DNA from: Lingula anatina
Lineage: Eukaryota > Animalia > Brachiopoda
Assembly (NCBI GenBank): GCA_051362555.1
Contig: CM120646.1
Coordinates: 9,300,001 to 9,364,000 of the forward strand
DNA length: 64,000 bases
Reading direction: 5' to 3'
Numbering within the stretch: position 1 is the stretch's first letter; each line of letters opens with the position of its first letter. A model generated the notes under the pieces. That model searched no databases, had not been told where the DNA came from, and was given only the letters and a program-made list of their open reading frames with translations. The position numbers and the translations under genes were made by a program. Below, piece after piece: positions 55,513 through 64,000 of this stretch.

Positions 55513-55961
55513 CTAATACATCAAACAGCATATAAGTATTACAGGATATAGGATAGCAAGCAAAACACTATTTGAACACCTAAAGAAAAACTGGTTTGAC
55601 CCATTTTGCTGCACCTCCTCTCAGCAGGCTACCTGATTATGATCAACACATGCATGATGTCAACTGAAGCTGGTCTCCCAGCTGTCAGTAAGGCAAATTC
55701 TGGTCAACACTTGTGTAGAGAGATAGGTAGTGCCAAGTAACTTTGGCCACAGAGTTATTTTACATTTACAAGAAACTGAAATTTAATAAAACCACAGCTT
55801 TTTGCCAAAAGTTAATCTCAGATTCAAATATTTAGCACATATCATTCTTAATTCAAATCAACTTAACCATTATCTGCCTACTTTGGCAACTTTTTAAGAC
55901 AGGCTTGACTACCATGTTCCATTTTTCTTTTTGGTATAGAATCGAAGCACAAACTACTTAC

Positions 55962-56116
55962 CTTAATACCCATACTGTATAAGCCTTCCATAATCTTGGC
56001 ATCAGCTCGTAATGTATCCAGCAAAGTGAACACATCACTGATATCAAGGTCATATTGTAGGCCATTGAAGAATAGAGCTGATTCCCCAGGGAGAATGTTC
56101 AAATACTGCTCAAATA
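55962..56116 (-). CDS. UGGT1: UGGT exon with apparent 1-bp deletion near its 5' end (..EQYLNILPGESALFFNGLQYDLDISDVFTLLDTLRADAKIMEGLYSMGIK)
   Basis: ORF 55878-56102; ttgcag acceptor and gtaagt donor; 155 nt lying between phase-0 boundaries. Confidence 0.9.
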
Positions 56117-56826
56117 CTGCAATTAATTAAGAATGGACTGGCAAGAATGCAGCACTAATCATATGGCATATTTCATATTATTATTTAATTACATAATGGT
56201 AACATAAGGAGATATACCTTAAAAACTTGAGTGCGCTACACTTACATTTACACAGCATACTTTTTTAGCCCCTTTGCCTTTAACAGAAATGTGTCTCATA
56301 TTCTTGATACATGTTTAATTACCAAACATATCCCAATTTATAAAATGACCACTTCAATGATTCCCCTTCCATGGCTGATACACCCGTAAAAAACAGAGCT
56401 GGTATTATTAAGTCCCAGGCTCATTGTGTGAGACAAATCTTAGATCTTGCATATAAATGCAATCTTTCATTGGTTGTAGGTTCTAATTAGTTTTGACACT
56501 TGTCTAAATCTTTCTTTGAGAAAACCTACTTAGTGTTATACGTAACAATTACATAATGAAATAATGATGTAAAATGAATATAGCTGTTGAAATTAGCTTT
56601 TTATTGTAAATCTTGGTTGGTTAAGAAGAAAGTCATGTTCCTGCCACCCGATCTTAATCCTTAAAGACTTAAACTGGATTACCATCCATGAAAGAGTATT
56701 TTTTAAATAATTTACAATGATATATATCATTAATGAAAGAGTATATAGTTTTTAAAAAATTTACAATGATATATACCATTTATGAAAGAGTAGATTTTAG
56801 TACAATTACAATAATATACACCATTT

Positions 56827-59033
56827 ACAAGGCAGCAAAGCTGTCAAATGTACAGACAAAAAGCAGACAATAACAATGCACAAAATAGGCTACTGTCAAT
56901 TCTGATGCAAAAGTACATTATGCTTAACTGCAAATTCAACATCAAATTTTAATAATGCTCAACAGGTAATACCAATGTAAGTGAAATGTGTAACAAGCGT
57001 AAGGCTTCAGGCCCATGGAAGTTTAAGTTCACACTTTGAAAATGCCAGAATGAGAAAAATGAAAATTTCACATAAAACTGCTTAAATTCAATAATAAATG
57101 ATAACCCATTTGAGCTGGCTTTCTTATTTGAACTGCATGCCAATCCTACAAATCATACTTGTAAGTTGAAAATAATAATAAGTAATACAGTCTCTTTTCA
57201 TAATGTTTGTAGTAGCAGTGCAAAAAGATTTTTGTCAATTTTGATGTAACATTACATAATAAATTACAGAATAATTATCACCAATTTTTGATTATTGACT
57301 ATAAATAGCATGGGCATGTAGAAAATTTGATTACCATTTGGCTTAATGGCCATGGGAGCTTCGAGTCCCACAATAAATATGCCAACATGATAAAAGTGAA
57401 TATTTTACTAAAATGTATAACTTCCAGAAAAAGAAGCCAATTAGACTGCTTTTCCAACTCAGGCTGCATTTTAGTCTTTAGTTTCTTTTTTGAAAGTTTG
57501 ACAATCATAAGTAACATGGTTTTCCCATAATGGTCATCATGGCAGCAGCACCCAAAATTGTGTTTTCTTCTATTTTAATGCAATATTACATAATGCTTAA
57601 CAGCAGAATGACCCTCAGTTTTTAATATTAAAGATCTGTATCATGGATTTTCAGAAAATGTGATTAGCATGGGTCTTCAAGCTCGTGGAGGTTCTTAAGT
57701 CACACCTTGAAAATGCCAATAGATAAAAATTAAATTTTCACAAAAAAAAAAAAAAAAAAAAACAGTTTAACTGCCAGAAAAATTTACCAAACAGACTGCA
57801 TTGGCCACTGAAGCTTTATTCATGTCCCATGTTTCTATCCTGTAAGTTTGAGAACAGTAATGACAGGTTTTCCTTAAATGGTCATCATGGGAGCAGTGCC
57901 AAAAATAGGGCTTTCTTCAAATTTTGATGCAATATTACATAATGTTTAACAGGATAATAACCATCAATTTTTAATAATAAAATATTAGTATCATGGATAT
58001 TCAGAAAATGTGCCTAGCAAAGGTCTTCAGACCCAAGGAACTTCAAAGTCATACCTTCAAAATGCCAAAATGTAGACAAGACAGCACTGTCCTGAAATGT
58101 TTTTTTTCCATTTTTAACAATTTTTTAACATATAACAAAATTAACAATTTACTGCCATTTTTATATGATCAACTTAGAAAATTGATGAGATGGGAAAAAT
58201 ATCAATAGAACAGTGTTTAATGTCCAATTTCCTCCATTCTGAGTTTCTGAACATAGTGAATGAATGAATCTGACAAACTGCAATGATATGAGTTTTTTTT
58301 TCCATTTTTGAAACTCTATTTTACAATACATGATGACAAGTTTACCATCATTTTTACATAATCAACTAACAATGTTGTAAAGATGCAGGAAATGTCAAAC
58401 AAACACTTTTACGAATCTTATTAGTTAAATAATGAGACTGTTAACATGCCTAAGAATTGAATCTGAGGAAATGTGAAAAAACAGCATAACTTATAAAATA
58501 ATGGCCCGATTATGCTGATTTTCGAACTTGACCTGCATTTTAGTAAGACTGATTACTCCTGTGAGTTTCATGACAACAGGTCTATCGGTTTTCCTTGAAA
58601 TGTGTTAACAGTGTTGCATATATGCTGAAAAGTGAAAAAACAGCATAACTACTAAAATAGTGGCCCGATCATGCCGATTTTCGAACTTGATCTGTGTTTT
58701 AGTAAGATTGATTATTCCTGTGAGTTTCATGACAACAGGCCTATCGGTTTTCCTTGAAATGTGTTAACAGTGTTGCATATATGCTAAAAAGTGAAAAAAC
58801 AGCATAAATTCTTCAATAATGGCCCGATCATGCTGATTTTCGAACTTGACCTGCGTTTTATGAATATTAGTCAGCTCTGTTAATATAAAACCAAAAAGTA
58901 AAACTGTCTTCCACTTATGGTGTTAACGCTGAAAGTGCACGGCGACGGCGACATGATCGGCGACGGCGACGGCGACGGCGACGACAGACGCAGGTGATGG
59001 CAATATGTACAGACACATCTGTGTCTGTACATA
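56827..59033 (+). mobile_element. Complete family A HINE-like element (~2.2 kb)
   Basis: Both termini are present, with ~160-bp internal tandem units, (cga/cgg)n and the 3' hairpin. Confidence 0.8.
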
Positions 59034-59167
59034 ATAAAAAAGTAGTTTTTAGAAAAATTACAATGATATCTGAGTCTGGAAATGTACTCCTACGTTCCAT
59101 ATATCTTATCAGACATACATGAGTGAATATCTATAATATGACACCATTTTGCAGATAATGGACCCAC

Positions 59168-59228
59168 CATTTGGTTTTACTTTACCTCCCTACGCATGTC
59201 ATCTTTGACACTGACTTTAGCCAGAGAC
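59168..59228 (-). CDS. UGGT1: UGGT exon with in-frame stop (SLAKVSVKDDMRREVK*NQM)
   Basis: tctag acceptor and gtgggt donor; matches the AITKTAVSSELRTEVEENQK segment; TAA at 59177-59179. Confidence 0.8.
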
Positions 59229-59281
59229 CTAGATAGAACAATCATCTTTTTTTTTTTTACAATTCACTAGACTTCATACCA

Positions 59282-59429
59282 GGACCCCGTAACCCGAAAG
59301 CATCACGTATTGCCAATAGCAATATCACATAGAGGCTACAGTGTATTATATGGGGCGAGCATGGGCAAGTTATGGAATCAAGACGCTTGCCCTTGGTCGC
59401 AATGCGTGATACTTTCGAGTTAAGGGCCC
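59282..59429. mobile_element. Small palindromic MITE
   Basis: ggaccccgtaacccgaaagcatcacgtattgc pairs with gcaatgcgtgatactttcgagttaagggccc. Confidence 0.7.
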
Positions 59430-60483
59430 AATTATGTAATATATTAATCAATACTTTTATGTTGTGCTTACAAAACCATGTTCACAACACTTCTGTATTC
59501 TGACAACAATATACTCATATACATAATACTCTCTATTAGAAAATGACAGGACTGTCACAAATTTACAACTCTATATCTTTGTACAGTTGTTGTTAAGATA
59601 TTAACTTACATTTAACCTGCTTCAAAGAAAGAATCCAATGACGTGAAATCTAAACCAAACAGACGTACAATTTCAAGCAGTGCACATTTGCTGAAACTAA
59701 TTCTTGTTTTAGTGCTATTTGTTACCAAGACTACACAGAAATCTGTGGTAGGCATAGAGTAGTAAGTCAAAGCAATATTGCAAAGAAAATCTTTGATAAA
59801 ATAAATGGAAATTACATGTTGACATTTGTCAATCAACCCTTTTTTTCCTGCAAAAGAGTGTTGTTTGGTTAAGGGCAGCCCTGTCGGACAACAGCACCAC
59901 TGTGTCATGGGCCAACTTTCTTATATGGAGAAATGATCTTGAGCATCAGAATGACTGGCAGGATGGGATTAAGATACAAAGTCACCATGTGTGAACATAA
60001 TATACGTTCTGAAGAAATACCCTTAGAAAAAAAAAACAGTGATTTACTGTTTTGCATGACAGGCATGTGTGTTTGTCACCCTGACTGGATAATGAACCTA
60101 TTCAATACACCTAAAAACCATAGAAAATGATCTAAGGCTACCAAACCAGTTTATCACAATGCTTAAAAAACCAGTTAAGTAATTTTAGAGGGATTTCTAA
60201 GGAAAAAGAAAAGTTATTTGACAAACCATTTGGAACTGTTTTTATTTTATATATATTAGTTAAGAGATATATCTCAACTGAACTGCACCCAGTTGCTATT
60301 ATTACTAAAATCATTATTCTGATCACTTATTAATCATAAATGGAAAGTTTCATGTAGTTTAACTACTCATCTAAATTATATTTTATATAATTATAGTTTA
60401 GTGCTAGGTATTGTAGCCTACTGTCATATCCTAATATATGTGTATATTTTTGCCAGCATATGCTGGCACATAATATTACTATC

Positions 60484-60485
<2 letters not shown>

Positions 60486-60544
<59 letters not shown>

Positions 60545-60561
60545 TTATATATATATATATA
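60486..60561. repeat. (TA)n microsatellite
   Basis: Seen directly in the sequence. Confidence 0.95.
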
Positions 60562-60746
60562 ATGATTACACACAGGAGTTAATTGCAAGCTGTATAATGT
60601 TGTATTACTTTTTTTATAACTCCATATTTCTAAACCCACTGTCTGATTGCATTGCCCCACCCTCTAGCCACAAAACTCACTCTAAATTATGAAAATTCAT
60701 CCACCAATCTAATAATGACATCTATATGAAAAACTTTTGTACATAC

Positions 60747-60847
60747 CCTGTAACTGCCAAACTTTCAGAGGGGATAGCTCATTGCTACTCATCATAAGAT
60801 GTTTCTTGAATTCTTTCAATTTCTCCTTCAAATCAGGATGCTTCATT
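60747..60847 (-). CDS. UGGT1: UGGT exon (MKHPDLKEKLKEFKKHLMMSSNELSPLKVWQLQ)
   Basis: ttcag acceptor and gtatgt donor; conserved PLKVWQLQ. Confidence 0.92.
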
Positions 60848-62196
60848 CTGAATACAAAAAAATAACAAAATATTATACTGAAATGATCTAAAATACAACA
60901 TTTTTCAACAGTAGCCTCTTTTGCACAGTATTCTTTTTATAATGAAAAATAATAAGCTCAACAGTTTTGAATTACTCAGTTATATTATACTAAGATAATA
61001 AAAATTGATTCTAATACTGGATGAAATGCAGAACAGAGATCATGACATTTGACATTATCACAATTCAGGTCTTCAGGTGAACTGATTTTGAGTTGACATC
61101 TTTGCCATATGATGATTCTGTGCAGGAAGACACATACTACTGTGCCAGATGACTCACCCATCTACAGAACTCCTCCCATACTTTTCACACAAAAAAACAT
61201 TATGATCCTCCACAAACGGGACTGCAGGGTTTTGATGAAGAATGAAAGAGGAATGATGAGCCAAATGAACATCCCACCCTCACCAAGCACAGTGGCCTAC
61301 ACTACCAACTAAAGCATCTATGGATTCAGGCCCTAAAGCACATCCTACAAACTGGCAATCATTACTGTTTACCTTTACACATTAATATATTGAGAATTTT
61401 AAAGGGGCATACAAACCGAAGGAAGGTGCTATCATAATTGTTCAGATGACATAAGAGTGGTGTCTAAAATTATCTTATATAATCATCAGCATTAGATGTA
61501 TTTATTATTCATTTAAACAAAATTTTAACTTCCTTTTTTGTCCCCTCTTTGCATTCAGTTTTACACTCTGCTGTCTTTGAAAACTACTAATACTATCGGG
61601 GCTTCCCAACCAGTGTGGCAATTGCATCATTTGACGTTGCCACAGTGCAAGGTTTCCAAACATTAAACTTCTTATGTATCTCTGCTGACATGGTATTACC
61701 CTCTCTATTATAATCCTACTTTTATTTGTGCAACTTTTGTGTTGTACTTCCTTCTGCTTTTTATCCCTTTTATGTGCTAAAATTTTTTTTCTTTGCATCG
61801 TCCACTGCACTGACTTGTTAAATCAGGGCAGTCATGTGGTAGGCCTGCTCACTCAGCCTTTACTGGCAGCAAGTATGCTGAGCAATTTTTCCACACTTCT
61901 TCCTGTCCATTCATTCATATGCTAGTATCTAAGTCACGTGACACGTGGGTATGTTACAATCGCGGGATGTAAATGCAATTTTTAGTTCTTTATTTCTACG
62001 CACTGGGCTTTTGTTAGAGGTTAAATTTGAAATAGATCTTGTTTATTTGCCGTGTTTGATGCTGTAAAAGTGCTGTTTTTGTGAATAATTTTCAACTAAA
62101 AATGCTTTGTATACCCGTTTTATATCCCTGAGTTTCACGTTTAAGAAAATCTATAGTTTTCAGAAAAATAAAGCACTATGTGACTGTCACTTTTAC

Positions 62197-62272
62197 CGTA
62201 GAGATGAGAACACAATGCCCTGAACATCCTTTCCTTCATCATCTTCCAAGTCATCTTCCTCATCTTCACCAG
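62197..62272 (-). CDS. UGGT1: UGGT exon (GEDEEDDLEDDEGKDVQGIVFSSLR)
   Basis: tacag acceptor and gtaaaa donor; resembles the DEVQGFLFGKLR region; phase 2 joins the next exon. Confidence 0.8.
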
Positions 62273-62861
62273 CTGTAATTACAAACAAACACATCAGAAG
62301 AGGACTTAACCATAAGTTCGCTTAAAGCTTCAAGTCATCTGCTAGTAAGCAGATAAAACTTTTTACAGAGATTCAAAACAACTAAAACATATATGTATGC
62401 ATGAAACAGATAGAATGCAATTTCTTTGTGTTCGCAAAGGAACAAATAATAACATAATGTTGCAAATTTTACTAATTCACCTATTCACAAAACATCATTT
62501 AATGTCATTTTAAATTCTATTTACATGCACACATTCTAAGGTCCTTCCTGCTCAATTACATTCTCTTTACATGTGATATTACTGTTTACTATAGAAATTC
62601 ATATTTACTTGATAATGAGAAACAAAAATCAAAGCAATGAATATACTCAGTAGAAATATTAGTAGTATCAATCACTCAGTTTCTTTAACAGTTCATTTGA
62701 TCTACATCTAAAACTAGATCTTGTCAATGGGTAGCCACCGCAAATCTTCTCACTTCCTCATATTCTTAAGAGTAGCTCACCCTCATGAACCCATGACATC
62801 TATGATAGTGCCTGGGTTTTATATGTAAAATTATTGCAAATAAACTTGATGACAACAGAAT

Positions 62862-64000
62862 ACAAGGCAACAAAGCTGTCAAATGTACAGACAAAAAGCA
62901 GAAAATACACACGCAGAAAATATGTAATTTTGTCAATGTTGATGCAACAATAAATAATTATGGAATAACAGCACAGCCAATCAACACTGAATTTAAATCA
63001 TGCACAACAGGTAAATATGGTCGATAAGATAACAGTTTCAGGACCATGAGAGTTCAAATTCACATAATGAAAATCCCAATATGTGAAAAATGATGACAGG
63101 GCATAAAATACTTCTACATAATATTTGAAGACAAACACCAATACTATTACTTATGTAGAAATGCAGAAAATGTACAGAGCTTCAGGTGGATAGGAGTTAA
63201 AATCACATCTTGAAAATGCCAGTGTTTGAATAATAATAATAAATTAAAAAAGAAAAAAAAAATTCCAATAAAGCTGCTGTTCAAACTTTGTGAAACAGAA
63301 AGCAATCACGCTGATTTTCCAACACAAGCTGCGCTTCTGGCCTAAGAATCTATTTAGTAAGTTTGACTTGTAAATCGTATGGGAAAAAAAAAATGCATGC
63401 CACTTCCAGTGTTGAGCTCTATCTAATGCAAAAAAAAGAGGTCTCTAGCATTAACAGTTCCAGAATTAGAGAGAGTTTTCAGTTTCGGCATCTAATGGCA
63501 GCTGCTTCCGTGAACATGCACCGATTGACCCCAAACTCAAGGAGAAAGAGGACCCATGGAGAAAGAGGACCCAAGGAGAAAGAGGACCCTAATGATAACA
63601 CCTGCCAATAATATTATAGGTGAGGTTTGTGTTGTTTCTGAATATCGACACAAAAAAATTTTTTTTTTTTTTGTAAAAAATTCCTATTTTTAGAAAATTT
63701 TGGCCCGTTTCACCTTGAAATAAAGGTCAAATCGAAGGGCATATTTGAAATCTCCACATATAACTTTTGGCCAGCCATCTGTAGAAAATTTTCCTATAAT
63801 TCCTTCAGTTTAGGAGATATTGAGCATTTAATTTTGCAAACTTTGGACAAGGGTGCACTGTAATGAGTACCACACCTAGACCCCAGCACTGATGAAGCCC
63901 AAATTTTATGCGGATCGAGTTGAGATTAAAAGTGACCTAAATCCAAGGCCCTTGTAGTCTAGGAGGAGAAGCAGTGTTCCAGAAAAACAGCCGGACAGCC
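62862..64000 (+). mobile_element. Family A 5' part joined to a family C 3' part; runs off the window
   Basis: 62862 to ~63290 matches 31303-32120; ~63400-64000 matches 46580-46624 plus 48165-48680. Confidence 0.65.

Larger units (their letters stand above)
27432..62272 (-). pseudogene. UGGT1: UDP-glucose:glycoprotein glucosyltransferase (UGGT), spliced; probable unprocessed pseudogene; 5' part outside window
   Basis: Twenty exons with AG/GT ends translate to UGGT motifs ([74 protein letters not shown], terminal RDEL). Lesions: stop at 59177-59179, frameshift near 56112, AT donor at 48877, and missing exons. Confidence 0.85.

Noticed and set aside
59610-59690. AG/GT-bounded segment as a candidate for the missing exon
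   Set aside because: Its translation shows no DLSFQ/NFP similarity.
61399-62195. Second Kolobok-like element (ttaaagggg... to ...gtcactttta)
   Set aside because: The ends match poorly and the right end coincides with the UGGT splice donor; the evidence is insufficient.
63363-63611. Collagen-like GERGP in an ORF
   Set aside because: It arises from a 17-bp tandem unit (not a multiple of 3) inside a repeat element.

Overview
This is AT-rich animal genomic DNA; a marine invertebrate such as a lophotrochozoan is my inference from the intron pattern and repeat types. No prokaryotic features are present. Bases 1 to ~24,000 are a strongly strand-asymmetric (A/C-rich on +) complex satellite. Its ~445-bp monomer is built from about nine degenerate ~49-bp subunits. 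The array is arranged as a patchwork of kb-scale recent duplications and carries one ~450-bp foreign insert present twice. Bases 27,432-62,272 (minus strand) hold 20 recognisable spliced exons of UDP-glucose:glycoprotein glucosyltransferase (UGGT), ending in an RDEL ER-retention signal; the 5' exons lie beyond the window. This copy has several independent lesions: a missing exon, an in-frame TAA, a 1-bp frameshift, a GT>AT donor, and loss of most of the beta-sandwich and GT24 catalytic exons. It is therefore most likely an unprocessed duplicate pseudogene, though assembly error is not excluded. Its introns contain a ~5.4-kb decayed Kolobok-like transposon with a nested LINE 3' fragment, three families of Helentron/HINE-like elements (two with internal tandem arrays), several MITEs and microsatellites. 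Nearly all ORFs in the supplied track are spurious. All homology calls come from recalled protein motifs, not database searches.
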